NCBI GenBank assembly: GCA_964019425.1
Contig: OZ025784.1
Location: forward strand, 1,364,001-1,428,000
Source of the DNA: Flectonema sp. DT1601
Taxonomy: Eukaryota
Length of the DNA: 64,000 bases
Direction of reading: 5' to 3'
Both the position numbers and the translations under genes were made by a program. Below, piece after piece: positions 9,464-22,038 of this stretch. Positions within the stretch are counted from its first letter, which is position 1, and every line of letters begins with the position of its first letter. The notes under the pieces are model-generated. The model did no database searches. It worked only from the letters and a program-made list of their open reading frames with translations, and had not been told where the DNA came from.

Positions 9464-11110
9464 ATGACCGAACAATTAGACATTGAGCAGTTCATATCTC
9501 AGTATGGTGACGGTGGTATTAAGGTAGCGAGGCTATTGCACATCGTTGATGTTGCAACGGCACCCGAAAAGCGTGGGGAAGCTGCCATGCTTGCTATTGC
9601 AGAACTAAAGAGGACGCTGAGGATTACAAAGTATAAAGAAACGTTAAAAACATTGAGACAAAATAACGTTCTTGATATCGCAGAGGACGAAGCTTGGATT
9701 GCAAACGCAACGCAAGAGATTCAGCGAACACAAATAATCTTAGAAACAGAGTTTGGGTCTGCGAAAACGAAAGTTAAGAAAAATGAAACTCGGGAGGCCC
9801 TACGCAAGTTAGGTGAATTCTACTGCAATAGAGGTGATCTACAACAGTCAATAAAACATTATATGAAAATGAGAGACTACAGTTCTTCTCCTCAAGAAAT
9901 CCTTGACATGTGTCTTGAGGTCATTTCTGTGAGTTTCGAAAACAAGTCTTGGACAATAGTTAACCAACATTGCACCAGAGCCGAACAAACAAAAGTCTCA
10001 ACTGGACTTTCTTTAGGAAAAGTGAAGGTGGCTCAGGCTCTAAACGCGTTAGACAAAAAGCTTTATGAGGTAAGCGCCAGGAGACTACTTGAAGTTCCTG
10101 CTGAGATTGGAAATAAATTTAATCAGGTTTTACCAGCAGCTGATATTGCTACCTTTGCTAGTCTCTGTGCGCTTGCTACGTTCGATAGGAAAAACATAAA
10201 ATTGCTGTTGTTGGATAACACGGCTTTCAGACCTTTTTTGGATCTTGTCCCAACGCTTACTGACATTGTAAAAGACTTTTGTAACTCACGGTATTCTTGT
10301 TTAAAGGTTCTTGATAATATGAGAGAAGTGGTATGTATTTGTTTATCAATTATTACACAGTGTTAAAAAATGAGAAACAAAACAAAAATAACACAGCTCA
10401 ATCTAAACGTTTTTCTTCATTCTCATATACCAACACTTCTCGAAATGATTTGGCAACGGGCCCTGAAACAGTACACTAGTCCTTATACTACTATAGACTT
10501 GAATAAGATGGCTTCAGCCTTTAATACTAGCATACCGTTATTAGAAAGGTCGCTTGCACAACTTATCGTTGATGGTCAGTTGTCTGCAAGAATAAATTCA
10601 GAAACTAAAACTCTTCATGCTAGAGTGAGTAACCAATGTCAAGCAACCTACGAACGTGCATTGACTTCTGGTAGAGCATTTCTTGCGGAAACTGAAGAGC
10701 AGCTTCGCAGAATCAGTATGCTGCAACACGATTTTGAGTACAAGGTACGTATTTATGTTATTTAGCTGTTCGATGTTTGCGCTGAATGGTCATCGAAATC
10801 TCAATTACTGTGCTACTTAAATATTACTTTCGAACATCTCTTTTATCACAAGGGTGACTATTCACCGTATCGAATTTCTTATCGAAGCTGAGAGTTGCTA
10901 CTTTTCGATAGAAAACGATACTCGGCTTACTTGTACCTTAGTTGTATATTTAAGCAAGTAGAATGCTAATTATAAGGGGAAAGGAAGGTCAACGTGGATT
11001 CCCCTATGGATAACTACCGTGCCCAGCTGTGGGCTGGATTTTAGTATTTGAAACAGACTTAAATAAACAAACAGGAAAAACGCGAAGAAATCCCGCCTTC
11101 CCTAATGTAA
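9464..11110 (+). CDS. CSN1: COP9 signalosome subunit 1; exons 9464-10330, 10397-10744, 11075-11110
   Basis: RPN7-like region (LGEFYCNRGDLQQSIKHYMKMRDYSSS) and PCI domain (QRALKQYTSPYTTIDLNKMASAFN...LIVDGQLSARIN). In-frame GT-AG joins; the last exon is less certain. Confidence 0.9.
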
Positions 11111-11505
11111 TCATGTTGAGTAGTTACAATTACACTCTGAGGCATCTGTATTCACATGCTGTATTGACTAGTTCAGTTATGAACTCTAATAATGGCTTTG
11201 CTCAACTGAAGTGTGTTAAGTTGCCAATTTTCTCATTCGTCCGCAACGAGAATAAGACAAAGGATGAAAAAAAAACCAATTAGCACTATTGTTATAAAAA
11301 AAAACACTACATGTGTTGGAATTATGGAGTAGGGGCTTGATACTTACCGTGCAATAATAAAAAAAAAGTGCCAAAAAAGTTCCAGGCACAAAAAGTGTCC
11401 TTACAAGGAAGTAGAACGACCCCTCACCTCTAGCCCGACGGTGGTGTTAACTGATTTTTTGTGAACAATTTTTTTTTCCATGTTTTTGTTGGAAAATTTA
11501 ACTTT

Positions 11506-12453
11506 ATGACTATTTCTCGTAATCCAGTTCTAATATTGAAAGGGGAAGAGCAGGTAGTTGGAAGCTCAGAAACTGATGTCGCAATGCCGTTCTTAAATGT
11601 TAAGATTCCTCACGGACTACCTGTTGGAAAAGAAACCATCATTTGGCAAGTAGACTGGCGACGAGCATTAGGATCCGAAGATCAAATTATGAGATTACAA
11701 AAAGCAACTGGTGCTGTCAGTGACTTTGGGGGTAAAGGAGGTTTTGAGTTGAAAAATGACATCGGAGTTGTACTAAATCTCGAAATGACACCTGTTGAAT
11801 TAAATCTTGAAAAACATGGTACCATTAAACTAACATTGCACGCAAAGAGACCACCGCCATTACAAATTATAAGAGAAAGCATAACCGAGGAAGCTATTTG
11901 GAAACCAAAAGCTATATCTGAATTACTCGAAACTTCTGGTAGGATTCCTGACTGGAGGGACAGAATACGAAAGAGATCCGATCCAACACAATCAACATTC
12001 ATAGAGACAAAAGAACTAGATCCTCACTTTGGACTTCTATCTTTAAATAAAGATCATAAATATAATGATGTGTTGGGAACTGAGTTGGGGACTGCTGATA
12101 GGAAACTTACAACTTTAGAAACCCAAAATAACTACTACCTTGAAAAGATTTCCCGAAGACCACCTGTTTCTCACACACCTGACAATCAAATGAATAACGT
12201 GACAGACATGCCTAGCTGTCAAGTAGTGTCTTTAGATCACGTTCCTGGATTTCAATTGGGTGATATGGTTGAAGCGATAGCTGTAGAGCAAGACTTGTCG
12301 TTAAATGGACGACATGGAACAGTCGTGGGTTGCGAAATGGTTGGAATGATTCTCCACGTTGAAATAGACTTTGGAGTACTTGGTAAACGATTAGTAATGA
12401 CAAAGTATCTCCAAAACTTAACAGAAATAGGAATAGCAGACCCGGCTGACTAA
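11506..12453 (+). CDS. Hypothetical protein with C-terminal SH3/KOW-like beta domain
   Basis: First ATG of a 330-codon ORF. C-terminal GDMVEAIAV...LNGRHGTVVG...VEIDFG...YLQNL pattern. Confidence 0.65.
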   Translation: MTISRNPVLILKGEEQVVGSSETDVAMPFLNVKIPHGLPVGKETIIWQVDWRRALGSEDQIMRLQKATGAVSDFGGKGGFELKNDIGVVLNLEMTPVELNLEKHGTIKLTLHAKRPPPLQIIRESITEEAIWKPKAISELLETSGRIPDWRDRIRKRSDPTQSTFIETKELDPHFGLLSLNKDHKYNDVLGTELGTADRKLTTLETQNNYYLEKISRRPPVSHTPDNQMNNVTDMPSCQVVSLDHVPGFQLGDMVEAIAVEQDLSLNGRHGTVVGCEMVGMILHVEIDFGVLGKRLVMTKYLQNLTEIGIADPAD

Positions 12454-12554
12454 AAAAAAACGTTACAATTTTATGCTACGATGGCATGTAAAAAAAAAGA
12501 GAATTCTTATTGTTCTAATAAATCACATTTTATTGTCCTCACCCCACAGAGCAG

Positions 12555-15500
12555 ATGCTGAACAGCGCGGTAATCAGGTCCCTCTCATTCCACAAAGGGT
12601 CGGAAGAGACTGAATTGAAGGCAGAAGAGGAAGAAGAAGATGTAGACGATGAAGATGAAGAAGAAGAGGAAACACCACTGAATCAACACGGACGATTGTG
12701 GGCAGTTGAGTATGCAGAACCTTCTGCTGCTGAGTTGGTATTTCGCAAGAATTTGGGAGGTTCATCTGCAACGAGTTTATCAATCGGAGTTTATTTATGG
12801 GCCTGCGCTCCTGCTGAAGACTGGAGTGAAGTACAAAGTGTGATATCAAGACTCGATGCTTTACTGGTTACAATGTTAATTGGAATGTGCACTGCAAGTC
12901 CAGTCTTTGCACTACACATACCTGTTTGTGTTGCATTGGATTTAAATGAGAAAGGTATCGCTCCTCACACTATTGGTTTACTGCTAGCGACGTCACATGC
13001 TGTCGGGATACTGTCAGCTCCTATCAGTGCCTATTTAATAAATAATAATAAAGGAGGGGCTAACAAACCTCTGGCTCTTAAAATTGTCTCTGTATCTGTC
13101 TTCCTAACATCAGCAGGAGCTGCACTATTCGCTTACGGAATGCGTGGAGATAAAATGGATGTTGATACTGGTAGCAGGTATCTAATGCTATTCATTTCTA
13201 GGGTTCTAACAGGAGCTGGATACTTCACACTGGAACCATGCATTGCGGGTATGTTAGCTAGATGGACAGGTAGACAACCACATATGTTGAGTGCCATGTT
13301 ATATATTTCAGATATGCTTCAGTTTTTACTAACAGCAGTGACGTTTACTGCATTGCCGTCAGTGGCTAGTCGTCAGAATTTACCGCATGCTCTGTGGGGG
13401 GCTTTTTGGCTTCCATCATTTGTTTCAGTAGCTGGTATTGTATTATATTACGGGTACTGTAGAATGCATAAAGACCATCTTTATAGGGACACGTCATCTG
13501 TTGAGTCAACGCTTGAGTCTCTTGGTTTAAATCATCAACCTCATTTCAAAAAAATATCACCACAAGCCTGGCTCCAACTAACTGCTGTTTTCTTTACCTA
13601 CAGCGCTCTTCCGGCGTTGGCTAATTTCTTCCCTTTGATAATTCATAAATGCGCAATTGTTGGTAATGAGGCTGCAGGACGTTTTGGTGCATGTGTGTAT
13701 GTCGCAGCCGGTGTCTGCTGTGCCCTAATTAAAGGATTAGATGCAATGCCACACAAAGTTAGTTTACAGGGCGGATTAGCATTGGCTTCTGTTGGAATTG
13801 CGTTGAGTTTCACTCAAAAAAGAGTATGGGGAAATCAAGCAACCATGGCAATAGTTTTGGTATCAGCAGGTATACTACTAAGAGTAATGCAGGGAGTCAC
13901 CGTTGTTAATTTAAACATACTGATCCCAACTGGATGGGATAGCATTGGGTTCATACTACACAATACATTCAGACATTTGGGAGCCATATCATTATTCACG
14001 GTGATGACTTATTCGATCGATACAAATATCGATAATATGGACGACATTCAATCTGGATTATTACCGTTGATGATATTTCTTGGTATAGGAACCCTATCGA
14101 GTATTCTCTTAGCGTGTTATGATAAAAGAGTTGCGGGTCTTATTCATCTTAATTGCGATGATTCTATTGCTGAAAAAGAAAAGAGAGAAAAGGAATCTGG
14201 TCATGTCAACCCTTGTCCAACTATATGCGTCAAGCGTACTCACAGAGCATCTTGGGAAGCTGACAGTAAATCAATTTCATGTAAATTATGTACATCGAAG
14301 TTCTCATTCTCAACACGAAGACATCACTGCAGGGCATGTGGTGGTGTTTTCTGTCGTAATTGCACTGCCCATCGTGTTCCGTTACCACAATATGGAATTT
14401 CTTGTCTAATGCGGGTATGCAGTACTTGCTATGTTCGTTTTGCTGAAGAAAGAAATACTCTTCAGGTTACCAACAAAACATCTTCTGGTGAACAACGAAA
14501 AACTTCTGACGGGACTGGTTCAACATTCTTACAAAACAGAACAATAACTGGTGAGTCAATGGAAGATAATTTACACCACGAGTATGCTTGTAGCTTAAAG
14601 TGCAGACAGTGTGATCCAATGAGTAGACTCCCAATGTCTCAGTTTATCGATTTTGAAGAACTAAAAGCCGATTCTTGGGTAGAAATAGCCCACGGAGCCT
14701 TTGGTAGAGTCTACCGATGTGAATTCGATCGAGTTCTTGAACATGTCGCTGTTAAAGAGTTACGTGATCAGCGTACTAAGTCAGGAGATAAAGATGAAAG
14801 ACTACAGGTATTTGTTGATGAAATATGCTGCTTGAATCACCTTCGTTACGAACATATTCTAACGTTTTATGGATGGAGTAAGAATGAAGATAAGATTTAC
14901 ATGGTCACTGCTTTGTGTGTTGGTAAACTTTCAGCCAAACTCCGAGGTTCGTTTCCCATCAACGAGTATCTCGACATTGCTCTGAGGATTGCTAGAGCGT
15001 TGTTGTTTATTCATTCCGAGGGAGTTGTTCATCAGGATGTCGCAAGTAGAAATATATTAATGACTACATCAGGTGATGCTAAATTAGCTGATCTCGGATT
15101 ATGTGCTCCAGTCGGTAGCGCTGCTCCAGTTGTTCCTGTTTTGTGGTCTCCTCCTGAAGCACTTTCTATCCCAAACTCTCAAAGACGAGCAGCAAACTCT
15201 TTCGATGTTTGGTCATTTGGTGTTCTACTTTGGGAAATGCTTTCTGTTCCATTGCAATGTCCGTATTTTTGGTTACTTCCTGAAACTGATTTTGATAGAA
15301 GCAAATTCCTTCAAAAGGCAAAGGGTCAGATTGTTGCCTGTTCTCTCCTTCCAAAACCACCTGGTCGGAATTATTCAACTATCGTATGGGAGAGTGTTAT
15401 TACAAAGTGTTGGGTGATATCACCTGAAGAAAGACCAACTATGAGAGAGGTCGTTGACTCTCTTAGAAACCTCCTCGATAAGGTTCCAGAAATGGAGTTT

Positions 15501-15605
15501 GATAAAGATGACGGACAGTCTAACTCACAAGACGGTACTTATCCATCAGATGTTGCAGCTGGTCAATACTCTGCTCCGACTGAAGGATATTATGAAGATG
15601 ATTGA
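12555..15605 (+). CDS. MFS-type transporter + FYVE zinc finger + tyrosine-kinase-like protein kinase fusion (1016 aa)
   Basis: About 12 hydrophobic segments with an MFS-like LFISRVLTGAG...LARW motif. FYVE motifs WEAD, RRHHCRACG and RVC. Kinase motifs GAFGRVY, VAVK, HQDVASRN, DLG, PVLWSPPEAL, DVWSFGVLLWE and CW...PEERPT. Confidence 0.9.
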   Translation: MLNSAVIRSLSFHKGSEETELKAEEEEEDVDDEDEEEEETPLNQHGRLWAVEYAEPSAAELVFRKNLGGSSATSLSIGVYLWACAPAEDWSEVQSVISRLDALLVTMLIGMCTASPVFALHIPVCVALDLNEKGIAPHTIGLLLATSHAVGILSAPISAYLINNNKGGANKPLALKIVSVSVFLTSAGAALFAYGMRGDKMDVDTGSRYLMLFISRVLTGAGYFTLEPCIAGMLARWTGRQPHMLSAMLYISDMLQFLLTAVTFTALPSVASRQNLPHALWGAFWLPSFVSVAGIVLYYGYCRMHKDHLYRDTSSVESTLESLGLNHQPHFKKISPQAWLQLTAVFFTYSALPALANFFPLIIHKCAIVGNEAAGRFGACVYVAAGVCCALIKGLDAMPHKVSLQGGLALASVGIALSFTQKRVWGNQATMAIVLVSAGILLRVMQGVTVVNLNILIPTGWDSIGFILHNTFRHLGAISLFTVMTYSIDTNIDNMDDIQSGLLPLMIFLGIGTLSSILLACYDKRVAGLIHLNCDDSIAEKEKREKESGHVNPCPTICVKRTHRASWEADSKSISCKLCTSKFSFSTRRHHCRACGGVFCRNCTAHRVPLPQYGISCLMRVCSTCYVRFAEERNTLQVTNKTSSGEQRKTSDGTGSTFLQNRTITGESMEDNLHHEYACSLKCRQCDPMSRLPMSQFIDFEELKADSWVEIAHGAFGRVYRCEFDRVLEHVAVKELRDQRTKSGDKDERLQVFVDEICCLNHLRYEHILTFYGWSKNEDKIYMVTALCVGKLSAKLRGSFPINEYLDIALRIARALLFIHSEGVVHQDVASRNILMTTSGDAKLADLGLCAPVGSAAPVVPVLWSPPEALSIPNSQRRAANSFDVWSFGVLLWEMLSVPLQCPYFWLLPETDFDRSKFLQKAKGQIVACSLLPKPPGRNYSTIVWESVITKCWVISPEERPTMREVVDSLRNLLDKVPEMEFDKDDGQSNSQDGTYPSDVAAGQYSAPTEGYYEDD

Positions 15606-16877
15606 AAAGTAAAGACCCCTCCTTCTCCTCCTCCTCCTCATCCGTTAACTCCAATCATTCTGCTTGCTCAATATTTTTCAGTTCTGAATATTTTGGTTTG
15701 TTATTTTTAAGAGTTAGTTTTGTATATTCTTTTCTTTTATTTTTGTCTGGGATGGTACTCCATTACGTACTTCCCGTAGTATCAGACAGAGTTTACTGTT
15801 TCGACATCATGACATAAACTAGGGGGAATATTTCCCTTTTTTTACATCAAACATAAGAAGCTGTTGATAAGTTATTTATCCGAGCGCTTATAACAATTTT
15901 TTTTCGATATTTGATTTAACGCTTCTATTCGTTCAACAACTCTTTGTTTGGATAAGATTGCCTTTATTTATCAATACGTCATGGCAACTTAAGGGGCTTG
16001 ATGAGGGTCTTTTTCCCCCACTGGGAACGGGAGACTGTGCGGACAAAATTAGCAAAAAAAAAAAAACGGCGGCTAGTCCTCTCCTGGTGTGCTCTTTGCT
16101 CGCCCTTTTTTTAATCTTGGAGCGGCATGACCGAAGACAATCTTTCTTTTCCCTCTTTTATTTCCAATCCCGTAGCCCCCCGGGAAGTTTAATTATAGTG
16201 ACTAGCCATGAAGGGCATTCGATTTATATTATGACAGCTAGGAGGGTGTGGATTGTAGCGAGGGAATGAACTAGCTGTTGACTGTAAATGCGGTTTATCG
16301 CGTTTCCTTTTTGTTTTAGGTCTGTTGTTAGTGATAAGGTGTGCTATGTTAAATATTTCACAACGTGTTTCGACATCTTGAACTACTTTTAATACAGTTT
16401 TCGTATTATCAAATACCAATATATACGGCTATTGACGAAGGTCGCCCTTCCCTTCCTTTCTGGTGTTTCGTTTTTCTAGTTGCGTTTTCAATACAATAAA
16501 AATTATTAATTAAGTACTCATGAGTTTTATAAAAAACTGTTACGGTAACATAGGCAAGTGGCGTTCAACTTCACGTGGCCTCCAGTGGTATTATTTATTT
16601 ATTTGCCATTGGTCAATTGTTCCTTTTTGAGCTTCTTAATAATATAGTATCAAAATTATCCCCTACTTGAAAACTGTTTTTTTTGTGTGATGTTCTTTTT
16701 TTTCCCCCTGCCATCCCTCCCGTGTGTTTAAAGAACAATTTTTGTTAGCGACGTGGAAGTTTTTTTTTTTTTGATATGGCGTTTGTTTGTTTCTTATGAA
16801 GGCCATTTATGAATAAAAAAATAAAGAACGACGATTTTCTTATTTATTTTATTTTAATTCTTTTAAAAAAGGTAACC

Positions 16878-19800
16878 ATGATTGGTGACAACTTTAATAC
16901 ATCATCGTCATCATCATCATCATGGACAGAATGGTGGGACCCTCCTAATCCTGCTACTCGAGCAGGAGAAGCCAGAGTAAAACAATACGTTGGATGGATC
17001 AATGGACTGGGTGCTGTTTATTTAGAGACCGCATCTGATATAACAAAACCTGAACTTCTAAAAGAGTTAATCGAATACTTAGTACCTGATTGTGTACTAC
17101 CTCGTGAAGACCACACATGTCATGCACCTCGACGATGTAAAGATGGAACTATCCTTGACGACGAAAGCAGTCTGCTCGAAGACTGCATGATGGTTGTTTG
17201 GGAAAAAGGTGGAGCACCTCCCCGCCATGCTACTGAAGACCTGTACAGTATATCAGACATTCAAAGAGCCAGACCTCCAGCTATTGCTACATTACTTCAT
17301 GGGTTATTCAAAACTTTCGTATTGTCAGAAGTTGTCCCAAAACTGTTTGATATGATCCTGTGGTACAACAAAGTACTCTCACCGTATTATAAAGAACTTT
17401 CTAAAGTTGCTAAACTACTAACAACATCGAATGAAGTAACCTGTACTGAATTAATAGATACTCTTTTTGATGAGTTCTATGACTGCTCCGTATGGCTCTG
17501 TGCCTTTCACAGTCATTGCCAACCAGCTTACGTACTTGACGTCTGTACTGTTTATTGGAAAGCTGATTCTGGAAAGCCGACTGAATTACTTGCGAATGCC
17601 GGTTTTACATTTTCTTTATTCGAACAATACGGAATTGTACCGCTGTACTCATTAAGAGAATATATTAAAAGTCCACATGCTGAATTTGTCATCTTACAGG
17701 CATTCGTAATCTGGCAGGTGCTTCAAAGCTACACATGTTTAAGTGAAGTTAATCTGCGTGCTTTAACTTTTTTAGATCAAAGCTCGCTGTTCAGAGCTGC
17801 TAGGATAGCTGAAGATAAAAAAGCAAAACAAAAACAACGCGAACATGAAATTGCTGTTGAACATCAAAAAACTCAATTAGTGAGATGTGAATCACCACAC
17901 AGGTCTACCTATTTGGGCGTCTTAAGACAACAAGCAAGTCTGGATAAGGAGGAGTGCGATTTGAAATATCAACCGCCACCGGTTGGAAGCTTTCAAAGTG
18001 TTTCTCCGAGACAGTCAACTACACCAGAAGACAATCAAAGTTTAAATAAAATAACAAAAAACTCAATTAGTGAGAATGTCACTAAGATGTTGCAGGTAAT
18101 GGTTAATGAACGTCAAAATGAACTTTTGCAATTACCAATTTCAGATCGGAGTCGGAAAATTGTAAATTCCATTCAATCGGATGCGACGAAGAAAAGAAGA
18201 TCTGTCAGCAAACCTCGTAAAATATCATCTCCACCAACAACAAGTGTTCAGACTATTACTCAAGGAAGACAACCTCGGTGGAGGGGACCATCAGCTAAGA
18301 TGATGAACTCTAATGAAATTACTCGCCTTGAATTGTTGAAGAAATCGCGTGCTATTCCAAAGCTATCTCGAACATCATCAACACCAACACCAACACCAAG
18401 ATCTAAGAGTGGTGTTAACCGTGAACAGGTAAAGAGAGAACGGAATCGTTTACAGGGAAGGCAACCTACTCAAAAAAATCAGAAACCTGCCCATCGACCA
18501 ATTCCAAAACTTCGAACCAGTCCAATCCCACCAGAGACTCCACAAAGAACTGAAGTAAGCCCACCGAGTTGGAAGGATCAAAATGATATTAGTGAAGTTC
18601 TTAATAAAATGATTACTTACGATAGATCTCCTGCTCATAGATCTAATCTTTTTAATGAATCGAGTCCTGGAGGAGGTATCTTTTCACCCTTTGCTCAAGA
18701 CTCGATTATTAACACAAAACAATTATCCGCATCTCCCAGATCAGTTAGTGTAACTTCCACAGCTACTCGTGAAGCTCGTAGTGTAACACCTCACTTGGTT
18801 TCTGCTACTGTTCAACCAGCTAATGTTGATATGTATGCAGGTAATTCTGTTGTGAGAACTTCTGGTTCTTATGAAAATATATATCCGACGAATACAACTA
18901 CCGCTACAGTCACCTCTCCAGCTAGTGATATTTATAATAGTTCTGGTTACAATAATCCTTTACAAGCTAAACAGAACCCGTCTTCATTTGGACAGCAGCA
19001 GCCTCTTAATTCTCAACTGAGTGCACCTGGAAGTGGTGGTGAAGAAATAATGTTGTCGTCGACCGAATACGGACAACAACAACACCAACGACAGCAGCAG
19101 CAACACCAACAACAACAACAACAACACTATGAACCAGCAGCACTACCAGAACCATATATTGATAGTCCTAGAGGTTTACCTTTGAGTTCCTTAATACAGC
19201 CTGCTAGTGGTTTTGATAAATCAGAATACCAACAAGATAAGCGAGTCAGTGTTTTGAATCCTCGCAGTGAATCTCCATCGTCAGCTCAGTTAGAAAGCAC
19301 ACAACAGTTGGGTAAGTCTGGCACTCCGTCAGAAGTAACAACAGTGCCGGGAATCAACTGTCAGCCGTTGCCTTCAAATAGTTCGTTTTCGGTATCTGCT
19401 TGGTCGGGGTCTCCTCTTAATCTCGCATCAGTTAAAACACAGAATCTTGAAAACAGTAAACACTCCTACTTCTCAACACCAATTACTGAAGGTCCAATTT
19501 TAGCAGCTACAGCTGATTCTTCATTTCCTCGAGAAGTTCCTTCTTGGCAATTATCTGATCAGCAATTAGAGGGAGTTCTTGTTGCTGATTTGGAATCTGT
19601 TAGAAGGAAGGTATGTCTTGACTATTCCTTACTTTGTAAAGGAAATTAAAAGTCGAATAAACAAAACAAAACAAACACAAACAGGTTGGATCAACATCAC
19701 CTACGTCTCCTTTAAAGCAATCAAGTTCTCTTGAATATCAGCCAGTCGGTACTTCAACACGACGAGTCTTTTTATCACCAGATCAGAGTCCTACACTTGA

Positions 19801-19999
19801 AATTTCTGAAGTTGACCGATCACCGTCCCCGAGACAAGTTCCTCCATTTGTACAATCAGGTAAGTAATACTGTCTGTTATTAACGAGACACACTGAACAG
19901 TCAAAATTATAAAAGAAACATAACAAAACAGGAACAACACTATTGGATTTATTCGAGAGCTGTAAAGATGACGCGCAATCATACCGTCATCACGGATGA
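16878..19999 (+). CDS. Large protein with N-terminal calponin-homology-like region and S/P/Q-rich tail; exons 16878-19610, 19685-19859, 19932-19999
   Basis: Long ORF with two in-frame GT-AG introns (total 992 codons). YVGWIN...LLKELIEYL resembles a CH domain (low certainty). Confidence 0.7.
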
Positions 20000-20175
20000 C
20001 TTTAATACTACACAGCGACAAGAGGAGGTTTATTTTTATTCCCTTGCGATTTCTTTCCCTTTTTTTATTATTTTTTTTTTTTTAGTTAGTAGTATTGTAT
20101 CTATGAGTTCAGGTTTACGGAATGTGTGTGTTAGATGACATCTCCTGTAGAGAAACCTAAATAGTGTAGATTCCG

Positions 20176-20211
<36 letters not shown>

Positions 20212-20349
20212 ACACTTTTTTGTCAAAACGCAACTTTTTAATGTATTAAACTAGATTATCGTGTACTGATCCTGACTAGGGACCCGCTGTTATAACTTTT
20301 TATTCATGTCCTTTCCCTATTCGTAATCTTCAGGTGTTTTCATTACAGA

Positions 20350-22038
20350 ATGTGGGATCCAGTGGGTAAGAAACCAACTCACGTTGAGGAAGCAACTGCT
20401 GATCAAAAGATACTTTGGAGCGACAGGTATCGTTGGGACAATCCATTTGAAGGTTATGAGAAATATGTAATAAAAAAAGAATGTCCTGGAGAGGAAAGTT
20501 GGGGATACTGGCCTGGATTGGGACGGAAAAGTGGACTGTGCAATCAACTGCAAACAACAGTAATGCTTAATGTGTTAAAAAGTTGTAATGCTCCAATACG
20601 AGACCTCGATTCGTCCAACGCTACCGACTTAGCTATTCGATTGTGTGATGTCCTGGATTCACAATATGATATTCATGGACCTCTTTCAAACTCAAACATG
20701 TCAACTTATAAAAGAAATAAAGATCCAATACTCGCAGCTGACATAACGTCTCTAAAGTGTTGTGTTAGTCTTCTGAAAGAGGAAAAGTGTTCGCTTTTGG
20801 ATGAATTACAAGCTTCTGTTTCTCTCACAAAACTAAACCACATCTCATCATCGATACAAAGTATTCAGAGTTTCTTATGTGATATAAGATATCGAGTTAA
20901 AGAATTTGAAATAGTTTTTAAAGAGTTCTCTTGTTCTCTTATGAAGGGAATTAATTCAATATCATTACAAATGTGTCGACTACGAGATGAGCTCTCCTCC
21001 AGTTCAGAGACAGCCAATGAATTATCGCACCGGTTAAACAGCCTGACTACCACTGCTATTCTTGTTATCTCAAAGGGTGAGAGTGTTTTACGTCCAATTG
21101 GTCTCCCAGCGATAACTGAAGATTGTTATGTTTTGGGAAATGATAAATTTACTCCAATCGTTTCAAAACTGTTTAAGAATTACCAAGAAAGGAAAAAAAC
21201 AGTTCCGACTGCAACTATTCCGGCAAAGGCAAGCCAAGTAGATCCGTCAACCTTTTTAAAAACTGATGTCGAACATTTTACTGTTGCTCTCGGGTTGATC
21301 AGACTTAGTAGAGGATTGTCTGAAATGACTACACAATTTGCAATGAGTGAGAGGCGATTGTTATCTTTGGAACATTCACCGATACCTGTCGCTGCTGTTG
21401 AGGAACCGGTTCAGGTAAAAATAGAAACAAAAATTCCTGAAAAACAAAAAGAACTGTCACTGATGGAAAAGTTAGAACTCTTAGAGCCACAATTACACGA
21501 AGTCAATCCAGTAGTCAACTCCGACGTCGTTCAATTCTTAAAGAGGCTGAATGATAAATTTAATAATTCTTCACAACCTTCAATAAATAATATTTTAAAG
21601 TCAACCAAGGCAGTGCAAAGAGCCGCAACCTTCCTTCTTATGGGAAGAAAGAAGAATGTTGAAAACGCAACGATGATGGAAAGGGACAAGGTCAGAGATG
21701 AAAAATTAAAAAAGCGATTGGCTGACATTCGACACAATCGCACGCAGAAGATCGAGCAAACCCTCGATGGGGGTGCTGTTCCTCCAACTGGGAGAGTGGT
21801 TCAGTTTGGAAGGTCGTCACCTACCTTGGGAGATCAACTATTTCTGGGAGAGCTTCCCGTTCTGAGTAGACCGTCATCTCGTCCTGTCAGCACAGGTTCT
21901 CCTCCTTCTCCATGTCTGCAAGCTTTACCTCCGCTGTTGGGATTTCTCTCAAAAAAAGAAACAAACAAAGCAGTTTTATCCAACTTTGGACAAACAGTAA
22001 TGTCGTTAAACACCGCTGCGGGTATTCTCCGACAGTAG
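20350..22038 (+). CDS. Hypothetical helical/coiled-coil protein (562 aa)
   Basis: Long uninterrupted ORF preceded by a pyrimidine-rich AG at 20333. Confidence 0.75.
   Translation: MWDPVGKKPTHVEEATADQKILWSDRYRWDNPFEGYEKYVIKKECPGEESWGYWPGLGRKSGLCNQLQTTVMLNVLKSCNAPIRDLDSSNATDLAIRLCDVLDSQYDIHGPLSNSNMSTYKRNKDPILAADITSLKCCVSLLKEEKCSLLDELQASVSLTKLNHISSSIQSIQSFLCDIRYRVKEFEIVFKEFSCSLMKGINSISLQMCRLRDELSSSSETANELSHRLNSLTTTAILVISKGESVLRPIGLPAITEDCYVLGNDKFTPIVSKLFKNYQERKKTVPTATIPAKASQVDPSTFLKTDVEHFTVALGLIRLSRGLSEMTTQFAMSERRLLSLEHSPIPVAAVEEPVQVKIETKIPEKQKELSLMEKLELLEPQLHEVNPVVNSDVVQFLKRLNDKFNNSSQPSINNILKSTKAVQRAATFLLMGRKKNVENATMMERDKVRDEKLKKRLADIRHNRTQKIEQTLDGGAVPPTGRVVQFGRSSPTLGDQLFLGELPVLSRPSSRPVSTGSPPSPCLQALPPLLGFLSKKETNKAVLSNFGQTVMSLNTAAGILRQ

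Noticed and set aside
15960..16280. Possible structured RNAs in intergenic regions (also ~9060-9380 and ~60430-60630)
   Set aside because: Short stems exist, but I recognise no tRNA, snRNA, SL or snoRNA signature, and hairpins are common throughout this DNA.
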